Below are positions 49,664 through 61,665 of a stretch of DNA of 64,000 nt, in pieces. Positions within the stretch are counted from its first letter, which is position 1; every line of letters starts with the position of its first letter. The position numbers and the translations under genes are program-made. This DNA comes from Macrostomum lignano (Eukaryota), in contig NIVC01001928.1 of the NCBI GenBank assembly GCA_002269645.1, forward strand, positions 822-64,821, in the 5' to 3' direction. A model generated the notes under the pieces. The model made no database searches. It had not been told where the DNA came from and saw only the letters and a program-made list of their open reading frames with translations.

Positions 49664-49809
49664 CTGGTCGGGAGGGGGGGGGGTTGAAACTCAGTGATGA
49701 TTTTTGTCAATTATGCCTGCAGAAAATGCCGCTTTTTAGTATTGAATTTCCTCTAGCGGTTGAGAACATTTAGAAAATAAAATATCCCAGTCTACACAGG
49801 TACTATACT

Positions 49810-50700
49810 CAACCCCAGTCTACTCCACCACTGTCTACTCCATCAGTCTACTCCACCTGTCTACTCTACCACTGTCTACTCCATTAGTCCACTTCACCCG
49901 TCTACTCCACCAGTCTACTCCACCCGTCTACTCCACCCATTCTACCCTGCCACCAAGCTACTCCACCCAAGTCTACTCTATCACAAGCTACTCCACCCCA
50001 GTCTACTCTATCACAAGCTACTCCACCCCAGTCTACTCTATCACAAGCTACTCCACCCCAGTCTACTCTCTATCACAAGCTACTCCACCCCAGTCTACTC
50101 TATCACAAGCTACTCCACCCCAGTCTACTCTCTATCACAAGCTACTCCACCCCAGTCTACTCTATCACAAGCTACTCCACCCCAGTCTACTCTATCACAA
50201 GCTACTCCACCCCAGTCTACTCTATCACAAGCTACTCCACCCCAGTCTACTCTATCACAAGCTACTCCACCCCAGTCTACTCTATCACAAGCTACTCCAC
50301 CCCAGTCTACTCTCTATCACAAGCTACTCCACCCCAGTCTACTCTATCACAAGCTACTCCACCCCAGTCTACTCTATCACAAGCTACTCCACCCCAGTCT
50401 ACTCTACCACAAGCTACTCCACCCCAGTCTACTCTACCACAAGCTACTCCACCCCAGTCTACTCTATCACAAGCTACTCCACCCCAGTCTACTCTATCAC
50501 AAGCTACTCCACCCCAGTCTACTCTACCACAAGCTACTCCACCCCAGTCTACTCTACCACAAGCTACTCCACCCCAGTCTACTCTACCACAAGCTACTCC
50601 ACCCCAGTCTACTCTACCACAAGCTACTCCACCCCAGTCTACTCTACCACAAGCTACTCCACCCCAGTCTACTCTATCACAAGCTACTCCACCCCAGTCT
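49810..50700. repeat. 30-bp minisatellite (CTACTCCACCCCAGTCTACTCTATCACAAG) with degenerate left flank
   Basis: ~24 regular copies from ~49960. Confidence 0.95.
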
Positions 50701-51089
50701 ACTAGCATTGTGAGCACTAGCAATCAGCTAGTACCCTAGCAAGCCGCTAACAGTTAATGGCGAAAGCGAAAATGGAAAATAGTTCATTAATTGCAGCTCA
50801 AGAGGACTCGCAATTTATTTCGCTCGTTCGTTTTTACAGCTAAAAAGCTTTTTAAAGCAACGTTACAGACAGAATTGCAGACCCAGTAGGGCTTATTGAT
50901 GCATGGCAGAGCAGCAAAAAGCGGGCCTGATTAAATTGCAATATTTTTAATTGCCAATGCCTAGCAGTTGATATTCGATTTGCAAATGGGAAATACTCGT
51001 TTTTGTAATGAGAAATACTTGTGTCGGAGTGGATGGGAATGGGATGATGGGTCGGCTGATATGGTAGTCTCCGCATCCATGAGCTGCTC

Positions 51090-51675
51090 CTTCAGTGAGT
51101 CCCCGCCCCCACACATTCAGTGAGTCCCCGCCCCCACACACTCAGTGAGTCCCCGCCCCCACACACTCAGTGAGTCCCCGCCCCCATACCTTCAGTGAGT
51201 CCCCGCCCCCATACCTTCAGTGAGGCTCCGCCCTCATACCTTCAGTGAGTCTCCGCCCTCATACCTTCAGTGAGTCCCCGCCCCCATACCTTCAGTGAGT
51301 CCCCGCCCCCATACCTTCAGTGAGTCCCCGCCCCCATACCTTCAGTGAGTCCCCGCCCCCATACCCTCAGTGAGTCCCCGCCCCCATACCTTCAGTGAGT
51401 CCCCGCCCCCATACCCTCAGTGAGTCCCCGCCCCCATACCCTCAGTGAGTCCCCGCCCCCATACCTTCAGTGAGTCTCCGCCCTCATACCTTCAGTGAGT
51501 CCCCGCCCCCATACCTTCAGTGAGTCCCCGCCCCCATACCTTCAGTGAGTCCCCGCCCCCTTACCTTCAGTGAGTCCCCGCCCCCATACCTTCAGTGAGT
51601 CTCCGCCCCCATACCTTCAGTGAGTCCCCGCCCCCATACCTTCAGTGAGTCCCCGCCCCCATACCTTCAGTGAGC
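51090..51675. repeat. 25-bp minisatellite (TTCAGTGAGTCCCCGCCCCCATACC)
   Basis: ~23 copies. Confidence 0.95.
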
Positions 51676-51969
51676 CCGCGAGTTTGAGTTGTTCTGCATC
51701 CAAACGGCCACACGCTTAAACACAATAAAGTCAATCCTGACTGTGTGGTTTTCTGACAGATCTGTCAATCAAAAACGATCTGTTATTCTGTCTGGCGCCT
51801 GTCTGCAGCTTCGAGCATTGGTTTGTAAAATTTCATGGCTCTATTGCAGAATGTTCACATTTTAATTTGATTGCTTTGATAAGTTTTAATTAACAGAGGG
51901 AATCAAGATGACTAGCGAATATCTATAGCAGGATTAAAGCTAAGGATTAGCGATAATAACTCAACTTAC

Positions 51970-52033
51970 CGCCTTGGACCGAACTTTCATCACCATGCGA
52001 TGCTTCTTAAGCTGAAACTTCTTAATCCTTGGC
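51970..52033 (-). CDS. EPB41L4A: EPB41L4A-like FERM-C exon ((W)PRIKKFQLKKHRMVMKVRSKA)
   Basis: FWPRI motif formed across the junction; ttttcag acceptor, GTAAGT donor. Confidence 0.88.
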
Positions 52034-52069
52034 CTGAAAAGCAGCGTTTGTTTTGGTTGCATCGTTTAA

Positions 52070-53290
52070 CCAAGGCAATGCTTGTGTTTAGGCTAAGGTA
52101 TTGCTTGTGTTTGAGCTAGGCAATGCTTGTGTTTAAGCTAAGGTATTGCTTGTGTTTGAGCTAGGCAATGCTTGTGTTTAAGCTAAGGTATTGCTTGTGT
52201 TTGAGCTAGGCAATGCTTGTGTTTAAGCTAAGGTATTGCTTGTGTTTGAGCTAGGCAATGCTTGTGTTTAAGCTAAGGTAATGCTTGTGTTTGAGCTAGG
52301 CAATACTTGTGTTTAACCAAGGCAATGCTTTTGTTTAACCAAGGCAATGCTTGTGTTTAACCAAGGCAATGCTTGTGTTTAAGCTAGGCAATGCTTGTAG
52401 GCAATGCTTGTGTTTAACCAAGGCAATGCTTGTGTTTAAGCTAGGCAAAGCTTGTGTTTAAGCTAGGCAATGCTTGTGTTTAAGCTAGGCAATGCTTGTG
52501 CTTAACCAAGGCAATGCTTGTGTTTAAGCTAGGCAATGCTTGTGTTTAAGCTAGGCAATGCTTGTGTTTAAGCTAGGCAATGCTTGTGTTTAAGCTAGGC
52601 AATGCTTGTGTTTAAGCTAGGCAATGCTTGTGTTTAAGCTAGGCAATGCTTGTGTTTAACCAAGGCAATGCTTGTGTTTAAGCTAGGCAAAGCTTGTGTT
52701 TAAGCTAGGCAATGCTTGTGTTTAAGCTAGGCAATGCTTGTGTTTAACCAAGGCAAAGCTTGTGTTTAAGCTAGGCAATGTTTGTGTTTAAGCTAGGCAA
52801 TGCTTGTGTTTAACCAAGGCAAAGCTTGTGTTTAAGCTAGGCAATGCTTGTGTTTAACCAAGGCAATGCTTGTGTTTAAGCTAGACAATGCTTGTGTTTA
52901 AGCTAGGCAATGCTTGTAGGCAATGCTTGTGTTTAACCAAGGCAATGCTTGTGTTTAACCAAGGCAATGCTTGTGTTTAAGCTAGGCAATGCTTGTGTTT
53001 AACCAAGGCAATGCTTGTGTTTAACCAAGGCAATGCTCGTGTTTAAGCTAGGCAATGCTTGTAGGCAATGCTTGTGTTTAACCAAGGCAATGCTTGTGTT
53101 TAAGCTAGGCAATGCTTGTGTTTAACCAAGGCAATGCTCGTGTTTAAGCTAGGCAATGCTTGTAGGCAATGCTTGTGTTTAACCAAGGCAATGCTTGTGT
53201 TTAAGCTAGGCAATGCTTGTGTTTAAGCTAGGCAAAGCTTGTGTTTAAGCTAGGCAAAGCTTGTAGGCAAAGCTTGTGTTTAAGCTAAGG
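52070..53290. repeat. 22-bp minisatellite (GCAATGCTTGTGTTTAAGCTAG / ...AACCAAG)
   Basis: ~55 copies of two interspersed variants. Confidence 0.95.
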
Positions 53291-53344
53291 CTACCAGAGC
53301 AATATAAACCCAACACACTACGGAAAGGCAGAAATGCCGCTCAC

Positions 53345-53439
53345 CAGAAGAAGCAGGCCTGGCTGCCGGAAGCAGACTGGCTGCGCAGCACAATGCCAGT
53401 TGTCTCAATGCACAGAGTGGACAGGCTGCCGTCATCAAG
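53345..53439 (-). CDS. EPB41L4A: EPB41L4A-like FERM exon (LDDGSLSTLCIETTGIVLRSQSASGSQACFF)
   Basis: Phase 0-2, canonical sites. Confidence 0.88.
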
Positions 53440-53517
53440 CTGGAAATTTCCGATTCAGATTGACAATTTTTCAGCACAAATAAAAGCACTTTAATTTTAG
53501 CAGGATCTGCAACTTAC

Positions 53518-53605
53518 TAGGACGCGGAAATTCACTCTGCCGTAGCCTTCCAACCATTTCACGTGACTGAGGAACTGGTACTCCGCCCTGCTGGCTGGCA
53601 GACCC
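53518..53605 (-). CDS. EPB41L4A: EPB41L4A-like FERM exon (GLPASRAEYQFLSHVKWLEGYGRVNFRVL)
   Basis: G....AE..FL..V..LE.YG FERM signature. Confidence 0.9.
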
Positions 53606-53775
53606 CTTGATTAAGGGAGGAGGAGGTGAGGTATGAGTATAACAGCGCTGTCGGCAATTCTGGCCATCCGTTGACTACTGAGCACACACGGTACTGTAAG
53701 CAGGCACGCATTGAACCAGGGGTCGTGGCGCGACATCGAAGCGCAGGCGAAGGGGGGGGACAGACGCAGACTCAC

Positions 53776-53890
53776 TTGAACATGCGGTACATGCTAGCCA
53801 CCTCGGAGTCGATGCCGGGCCGCAGGTCGGCAAACAGGCTGTAGTTGTTCAACGGGAAACCCATCTGGTGGTCGAAGTCGCCGTGGTAAG
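53776..53890 (-). CDS. EPB41L4A: EPB41L4A-like FERM-M exon (YHGDFDHQMGF...SMYRMF)
   Basis: LQS..GD motif across the junction; phase 1-2. Confidence 0.9.
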
Positions 53891-53959
53891 CTAAAATATT
53901 TTTGTTTTAAATTACGAGCTCGTAATTACTTTGGTAGGCAATACTGATTACCTGCGCTA

Positions 53960-54670
53960 CATCTAGATGAGATCCTGAACTCACAACTACATCTAGGGGG
54001 AGATCCTGAACTCACAGCTACATCTAGGGGGAGATCCTGAACTCACAGCTACATCTAGGGGGAGATCCTGAACTCACAGCTACATCTAGGGGGAGATCCT
54101 GAACTCACAGCTACATCTAGGGGGAGATCCTGAACTCACAGCTACATCTAGGGGGAGATCCTGAACTCACAGCTACATCTAGGGGGAGATCCTGAACTCA
54201 CAGCTACATCTAGGGGGAGATCCTGAACTGACAGCTACATCTAGGGGGAGATCCTGAACTCACAGCTACATCTAGGGGGAGATCCTGAACTCACAGCTAC
54301 ATCTAGGGGGAGATCCTGAACTCACAGCTACATCTAGGGGAGATCCTGCACTCACAGCTACATCTAGGGGGAGATCCTGAACTCACAGCTACATCTAGGG
54401 GGAGATCCTGCACTCACAGCTACATCTAGGGGGAGATCTGAACTCACAGTCACAGCTACATCTAGTGGGAGATCCTGCACTCACAGCTACATCTAGGGGG
54501 AGATCCTGCACTCACAGCTACATCTAGGGGGAGATCCTGCACTCACAGCTACATCTAGGGGGAGATCTGAACTCACAGTCACAGCTACATCTAGTGGGAG
54601 ATCCTGCACTCACAGCTACATCTAGGGGGAGATCCTGCACTCACAGCTACATCTAGGGGAAGATCCTGAA
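53960..54670. repeat. 31-bp minisatellite (GCTACATCTAGGGGGAGATCCTGAACTCACA)
   Basis: ~22 copies. Confidence 0.95.
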
Positions 54671-54778
54671 CCTACAGCTTCACCCTACCGGAGATTTTGA
54701 AACCCAGCAACATCCCATGGGAAATTTCTAAAATCCAATTTCCAAAATTGGAAAGCCAGAGTGCACTGCGCGACTCAC

Positions 54779-54876
54779 ACTGCAGCATGAGGGCGGCAAG
54801 GCGTGGCGCTTTGTCCCGCGGCACAACCACCGCCCCAGATTGAATGTCCTGAATAGTCTGAAGGAACACCTGCAGT
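54779..54876 (-). CDS. EPB41L4A: EPB41L4A-like FERM-M exon (LQVFLQTIQDIQSG...LAALMLQ)
   Basis: FLQ...DI..G and LAA...Q motifs. Confidence 0.92.
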
Positions 54877-55468
54877 CTGCGTGACAGCGTCACGCAGTTG
54901 AGGAATTATTTAGGTTAATAAAAAAGCTGCGAAAATTATTCGTTCTGAATCGAAAGCCCGAGTTTTAAGCTGGTTAGACTGTTGAAACAGAAGGAAAGAA
55001 ATATTGAGTGTAGCATCTGGACTAACTATCAGTCATGGACATCTAGGTAATAAAATTGGGATTGAACACCAATCATTCAAGGACATCTAGCAAACCAAAT
55101 TCGGATTCGACACTAACCATTATTCAAGGACATCTGACAAATCATTTCGGACTGGACATAGACCTAAGTGAAATTCTTCTCTAGTCTCAAAGCCATCTGA
55201 CAAATAAGAGCTGGACTGGAAAATGATCAACATTCATTAGAATTTGTTTCTCACTATTCACAAGGACATCTATCTAGTAGAAACTTGGACTAGCGTCTGC
55301 AAAAAACCTTGAACAATATTAGTAATTATGTATAATTATGTAGGCAACAGAAGTGCATCTAGAAAATGCCACAGATATAGAAGCTCCACATGGCGCTATG
55401 AAAAGAAACTACTTCCGTATTAAAAAGGATATCCGCATATATTTAGCCGGCTAAACAGACAAATTTAC

Positions 55469-55571
55469 CGTGTTGTCTCGGACAGCTCCCGGCAGGGGTC
55501 GTTGGGATAAAACCGGATCGCCAGGAACAGCTGACAGGACTTTTCCCCAACCAGGTCGGACAGACCGCCAC
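55469..55571 (-). CDS. EPB41L4A: EPB41L4A-like FERM-N exon (...QLFLAIRFYPNDPCRELSETTR)
   Basis: I.FY..DPC motif typical of EPB41L4A; phase 1-2. Confidence 0.9.
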
Positions 55572-56504
55572 CTGCAGGGGATCCGGCAGAGGGGGGGGTG
55601 GAGGCGATGAGCAAATTGAGACAACAGAATGGGAAGTCTGGCCCCATTCCAAATAACGAATGCGGCAGGGTATAAGAAATGGATGCATGGGGAAGCGAGA
55701 AGGGCAGACAAACATCAGGGCGAGAGAGTCCCTCCATTAAACTGGGACTCTTTGGGATTTTAAACTGGTTTGAAGCAATAAGCATGGAGCCACATCGCAC
55801 GGTGCAGCCATCCTGAAATCATTATTTAATGAGATACTCTCAAGAGGTGACGGCGGAGAAACACCCAGAAACACAGAAATGCGGCATCAAGGAAGCCAAG
55901 AAGGTGGCCGCATCAGACTGGTTGCTACAGTCAAAAGCCCGCACAGTTTAGCTAAAAAATCATTGCCTCGCTTTTTTAAAACGAAAAAGCCGCGCGGAAC
56001 TTCTTCTATTAGAAGAGGAAATTTAAGGAAATTGGACCAAAGTGATCGGAACAAGCAGAAAACGGATGGCCAGAAGAGTGAGTGTTTCCATTCTTAGACA
56101 GCTAACGCAGGAATTCGAGCTCAATTCTCTTCAAATAAGCGCGCAGATTGCTCCTCGCCGCTGCAAAAACCAATTTCCAAGTCTTGGCGCAAAAGCAGCC
56201 CAAAACTGGCTGCTGAAAACTTATGACTGAGAATAGGAAACAAATCCATTTCCCCTAGACAGGCCAGAGTCTGGCTATATTTGGGAACGTGTTTAAACCC
56301 GTCTTTTTTATCTCAAAGCTAAGAAGCTTTCAATAACTATAAAAGCAAAAGATAAAAAGCCGCAACACGGATGCTAAGGATGTTGCTTTTAGAAGAGCCA
56401 AAAATGACGTGGAAATTAATGTCGTCTTCCACCTCCACCGAAAAGCAGAGACACCTAAGAGAAACAACCATTCTAAAAGTAATTAACTCTCTTACTGAAC
56501 TGCA

Positions 56505-57090
56505 TTGACCCCTGTCTGTACTACCCCAAGCCTTGCATTGACCCCTGTCTGTACTACCCCAAGCCTTGCATTGACCCCTGTCTGTACTACCCCAAGCCTT
56601 GCATTGACCCCTGTCTGTACTACCCCAAGCCTTGCATTGACCCCTGTCTGTACTACCCCAAGCCTTGCATTGACCCCTGTCTGTACTGGGCAAAGCCTTG
56701 CATTGACCCCTGTCTGTACTGCGCGAAGCCTTGCATTGACCCCTGTCTGTACTGGGCGAAGCCTTGCATTGACCCCTGTCTGTACTACCCCAAGCCTTGC
56801 ATTGACCCCTGTCTGTACTGAGCAAAGCCTTGCATTGACCCCTGTCTGTACTGGGCAAAGCCTTGCATTGAACCCTGTCTGCACTGGGCGAAGCCTTGGA
56901 TTGACCCCTGTCTGTACTGCGCGAAGCCTTGCATTGACCCCTGTCTGTACTGGGCGAAGCCTTGCATTGACCCCTGTCTGTACTGGGCGAAGCCTTGCAT
57001 TGATCGCTGTATGTACTGGGCGAAGCCTTGCATTGACCCCTGTCTGTACTGGGCGAAGCCTTGCATTGACCCCTGTCTGTACTGAGCCAA
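56505..57090. repeat. 33-bp minisatellite (GCCTTGCATTGACCCCTGTCTGTACTACCCCAA)
   Basis: ~17 copies with a variable 6-nt segment. Confidence 0.95.
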
Positions 57091-57318
57091 GCGTTGCCAT
57101 GACCTCCCTTGTAGTGGCTCGTACCAATTTCCTTTACCCTAACTATGAAGCAATAAATTCAGGAAATGAACGTTTCCGAAAAGCCAGCCAAACGTGGCGG
57201 AACTGCAACACCCCGATAGAGTTGCCAAATCGCAAATAGACGGATTTTCAGAAAAACACCGTGAAAGAAAGAACCCAATGTACGTTGCTGAAAACGACAC
57301 AATAGACGGAAAACTTAC

Positions 57319-57367
57319 GACAGCATTTAACTAAAGAGTGGACACTCTTGCGAACGTTGACCCATTG
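57319..57367 (-). CDS. EPB41L4A: EPB41L4A-like FERM-N exon (QWVNVRKSVHSLVKCC)
   Basis: Conserved W of FERM-N; aatttcag acceptor, GTAAGT donor; phase 0-1. Confidence 0.85.
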
Positions 57368-57445
57368 CTGAAATTTGGAAAGGGTTTGGACAGAGTTTAC
57401 ATGTGATTTCAGAGACACAGCAGACTTTTAGGTGCAAAAACTCAC

Positions 57446-57550
57446 CAGAGTCTTCCTCGAGTCCTGGTATCTCAGGCCAAAGAACTGCTGCTCGGGCACG
57501 CCGATGGAGTTCAGTACAGCGCGGAGCAGATCCTGGCCCTTGTGGTTGCC
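57446..57550 (-). CDS. EPB41L4A: EPB41L4A-like FERM-N exon (GNHKGQDLLRAVLNSIGVPEQQFFGLRYQDSRKTL)
   Basis: KG..LL..V and FGLRY.D signatures; 105 nt, phase 0-0. Confidence 0.92.
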
Positions 57551-57708
57551 CTGCGAAACGGGGAAGGCAGCGGGAACCACAAAAAATGACTGCCAGCCCA
57601 ACCCTTACACTAACCCTAACCTAATCTTCGGCAGTCCAATGTCAGGTGCCCGAGTCAGCGATGGTTAAATTAGTAAAAGCGATACTTATAGTTATAATAG
57701 ACTGTATG

Positions 57709-59977
57709 GTCATCGCGGATGAAGGAATAGAATGGATTGCTAATCTATAGTCATCGCGGATGAAGGAATAGAATGGATTGCTAATCTATAGTCATCGCGG
57801 ATGAAGGAATAGAATGGATTGCTAATCTATAGCCATCATTATTGAAGGAATAGAATGGATTGCTAATCTATAGCCATCATTATTGAAGGAATAGAATGGA
57901 TTGCTAATCTATAGCCATCATTATTGAAGGAATAGAATGGATTGCTAATCTATAGCCATCATTATTGAAGGAATAGAATGGATTGCTAATCTATAGCCAT
58001 CGCGGATGAAGGAATAGAATGGATTGCTAATCTATAGCCATCGCGGATGAAGGAATAGAATGGATTGCTAATCTATAGCCATCATTATTGAAGGAATAGA
58101 ATGGATTGCTAATTATCTATAGCCATCGCGGATGAAGGAATAGAATGGGTTGCTAATCTATAGCCATCGCGGATGAAGGAATAGAATGGGTTGCTAATCT
58201 ATAGCCATCACGGATGAAGGAATAGAATGGATTGCTAATCTATAGTCTCATCACGGATGAAGGAATATAATGGATTGCTAATCTATAGCCATCAGGGATG
58301 AAGGAATAGAATGGATTGCTAATTTATAGCCATCGCGGATGAAGGAATAGAATGGATTGATAATCTATAGCCATCAGGGATGAAGGAATAGAATGGATTG
58401 CTAATCTATAGTCATCGCGGATGAAGGAATAGAATGGGTTGCTAATCTATAGTCTCATCACGGATGAAGGAATATAATGGATTGCTTATCTATAGCCATC
58501 GCGGATGAAGGAATAGAATGGATTGCTAATCTATAGCCATCAGGGATGAAGGAATAGAATGGATTGCTAATCTATAGTCATCGCGGATGAAGGAATAGAA
58601 TGGATTGCTAATCTATAGCCATCGCGGATGAAGGAATAGAATGGATTGCTAATCTATAGCCATCAGGGATGAAGGAATAGAATGGATTGCTAATCTATAG
58701 TCATCGCGGATGAAGGAATAGAATGGATTGCTAATCTATAGTCTCATCACGGATGAAGGAATATAATGGATTGCTTATCTATAGCCATCGCGGATGAAGG
58801 AATAGAATGGATTGCTAATCTATAGTCCCATCACAGATGAAGGAATAGAATGGATTGCTAATCTATAGCCATCGCGGATGAAGGAATAGAATGGATTGCT
58901 AATCTATAGCCATCGCGGATGAAGGAATAGAATGGATTGCTAATCTATAGCCATCAGGGATGAAGGAATAGAATGGATTGCTAATCTATAGTCCCATCAC
59001 AGATGAAGGAATAGAATGGATTGCTAATCTATAGTCATCGCGGATGAAGGAATAGAATGGATTGCTAATCTATAGCCATCGCGGATGAAGGAATAGAATG
59101 GATTGCTAATCTATAGCCATCAGGGATGAAGGAATAGAATGGATTGCTAATCTATAGCCATCGCGGATGAAGGAATAGAATGGATTGCTAATCTATAGCC
59201 ATCAGGGATGAAGGAATAGAATGGATTGCTAATCTATAGTCATCGCGGATGAAGGAATATAATGGATTGCTAATCTATAGTCCCATCACAGATGAAGGAA
59301 TAGAATGGATTGCTAATCTATAGTCATCGCGGATGAAGGAATAGAATGGATTGCTAATCTATAGTCATCGCGGATGAAGGAATAGAATGGGTTGCTAATC
59401 TATAGTCCCATCACAGATGAAGGAATAGAATGGATTGCTAATCTATAGTCATCGCGGATGAAGGAATAGAATGGATTGCTAATCTATAGTCATCGCGGAT
59501 GAAGGAATAGAATGGATTGCTAATCTATAGCCATCGCGGATGAAGGAATAGAATGGATTGCTAATCTATAGTCATCGCGGATGAAGGAATAGAATGGATT
59601 GCTAATCTATAGTCCCATCACAGATGAAGGAATAGAATGGATTGCTAATCTATAGCCATCGCGGATGAAGGAATAGAATGGATTGCTAATCTATAGTCCC
59701 ATCACAGATGAAGGAATAGAATGGATTGCTAATCTATAGTCATCGCGGATGAAGGAATAGAATGGATTGCTAATCTATAGCCATCACGGATGAAGGAATA
59801 GAATGGATTGCTAATCTATGGTCCCATCACGGATGAAGGAATAGAATGGATTGCTAATCTATAGCCATCATTATTGAAGGAATAGAATGGATTGCTAATC
59901 TATAGCCATCGCGGATGAAGGAACAGAATGGATTGCTAATCTATAGCCATCACGGATGAAGGAACAGAATGGATTGC
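57709..59977 (-). repeat. Second array of the 41-bp satellite (~55 copies), inverted relative to 16433-31349
   Basis: GATGAAGGAATAGAATGGATTGCTAATCTATAGCCATC is the reverse complement of the main unit. Confidence 0.98.
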
Positions 59978-60156
59978 AGACAGGCCCAAGCTCAAGCAGA
60001 AAGTACACCAGCTATCTGTAATGACGTGAAGCGACACCTGGCGGAGGGGGTTGAAAATTCAATCACTCTCAGGCAGGCTGACAGACCTAAGTGAAACAGG
60101 TGATTTTTGCTCCGTAAACGCGGGGTTTAAAAATGCAGCCAGCCCAGGCAGCTCAC

Positions 60157-60285
60157 GGATGCGGCAGGTGACAGGCGGATCAACGCCGCGCACATCCGCG
60201 ATCTGCGACAGCTCAGTTGCTATGCGGGAATGAGATGCAGCTAGCGGGGAGGCTGGGAGTTCCAGCTCAAGCCGCCCGTGACCAG
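60157..60285 (-). CDS. Candidate upstream exon of the FERM gene (...DVRGVDPPVTCRI)
   Basis: ctattgcag acceptor and C|GTGAGC donor; TCRI resembles the FERM start (C.V). The phase 1 end does not join the 57550 exon directly, so a linking exon is missing. Confidence 0.35.
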
Positions 60286-60496
60286 CTGCAATAGGGCGCT
60301 ACAATTCCATGTGCGCGGTAACATTTTTGGGACTCGTGCATGGAGATTGGTTTCGGTTTTGCTGAGCAATTCTTGCCTGAGTGCCAACTCAAGCCAGATT
60401 GTACAGAACTCACCAACAATACCATTAGCAATTTCAGTCTTCGCATTAAGGGACCGTCTTTACAGGTTGTAGGCTAGTGAGGGGGTTTTAGCTTAG

Positions 60497-60644
60497 TTAT
60501 GGGTGGTAGCCTTATTATGGGTGGTAGCCTAGTTATGGGTGGTAGCCTAATTATGGTGGTAGCCTAGTTATGGGTGGTAGCCTAATTATGGGTGGTAGCC
60601 TAGTTTTGGGTGGTAGCCTAGTGAGGGGGTTGTGGCCTAGTGAT
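60497..60644. repeat. 18-bp minisatellite (TTATGGGTGGTAGCCTAG) abutting the SINE 5' end
   Basis: ~7 copies grading into the SINE head. Confidence 0.88.
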
Positions 60645-60878
60645 GGGGTTGTAGCCTATTGGTCAAAGCGTCGGACTCACGACCTAAAGGTGGTTAGGGG
60701 TTCGATTCCCGATCCACTCGGAAAAATTTTTGTCCTTGAGCAAGACACTGAGCTCTACATTGCTTCAGTTCACCCAGCTGTAAAATGGGTGCCAGCATTA
60801 GCTGGGGTAATTGAGGCTGTGTGTGGCGACCCTTCCTGTGTAATTGGGGCAGCTGTAATTAATTATTATTATTATTCT
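60645..60878 (+). mobile_element. tRNA-derived CORE-like SINE, copy 2
   Basis: TAGCCTATTGG A box, GGTTCGATTC B box, TGTCCTTGAGCAAGACACTGAGC...GTAAAATGGG, (TTA)n tail. Confidence 0.8.
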
Positions 60879-61384
60879 TACAGCTCGTACGAGTAGGAAC
60901 TGGCCCAGATCGTACAGAAATTTATAAAAATCTAGTTTGCATTAGGACAGCACAATGTCGATCCCGCTAAAAGTGCAAATTTAGTTTGCAAATTAACAGA
61001 AGAATGAAGCCACCGTGGATAAATAATTAAATTAACAAGTCGCAAACAATGGCTTCATCACAACCAGGGGAACAGGCAATTCAGCAAGTGTAAAATTAGC
61101 ATTATTCATATGAAAACAGAGAAATGCACGACAGGGTTGAAGAGTGGAGAGAAAGGAAAGAGTGGAAACCAATTGATTCTTAATTCAACTGCTGTAGACA
61201 TGCAGTTGCAGTCTATTCTATATTTTTCTTTTTTGCTTACACAAGCCACTGCTATGCTCGCACTGTCTATGGGAACAAAAACCATGGGAAGAGACGAGGG
61301 GGAGTCAAGACTAACGCCTGGTGATATTAATCTTATTAAAATGATATCTAAACCTTGTACATTGCACACACAGTGCTGAGCATT

Positions 61385-61665
61385 TCTGGGCCAGCCTCCC
61401 AGATCCTCAGTTGCTGGGCCAGCCTCCCAGATCCTCAGTTGCTGGGCCAGCCTCCCAGATCCTCAGTTGCTGGGCCAGCCTCCCAGATCCTCAGTTGCTG
61501 GGCCAGCCTCCCAGATCCTCAGTTGCTGGGCCAGCCTCCCAGATCCTCAGTTGCTGGGCCAGCCTCCCAGAGTGTCAGTTGCTGGGCCAGCCTCCCAGAT
61601 CCTGTTGCTGGGCCAGCCTCCCAGATCCTCAGTTGCTGGGCCAGCCTCCCAGATCCTCAGTTCAC
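61385..61665. repeat. 28-bp minisatellite (GTTGCTGGGCCAGCCTCCCAGATCCTCA)
   Basis: ~10 copies. Confidence 0.93.

Noticed and set aside
56385-56460. Exon-like CLCFSVEVEDDINFHV segment in a FERM intron
   Set aside because: Phase and order do not fit; the 57319-57367 exon already bridges the flanking exons in frame.
57598-57626. Telomere-like TAACCCTAACC
   Set aside because: Fewer than two perfect units; not a telomeric tract.
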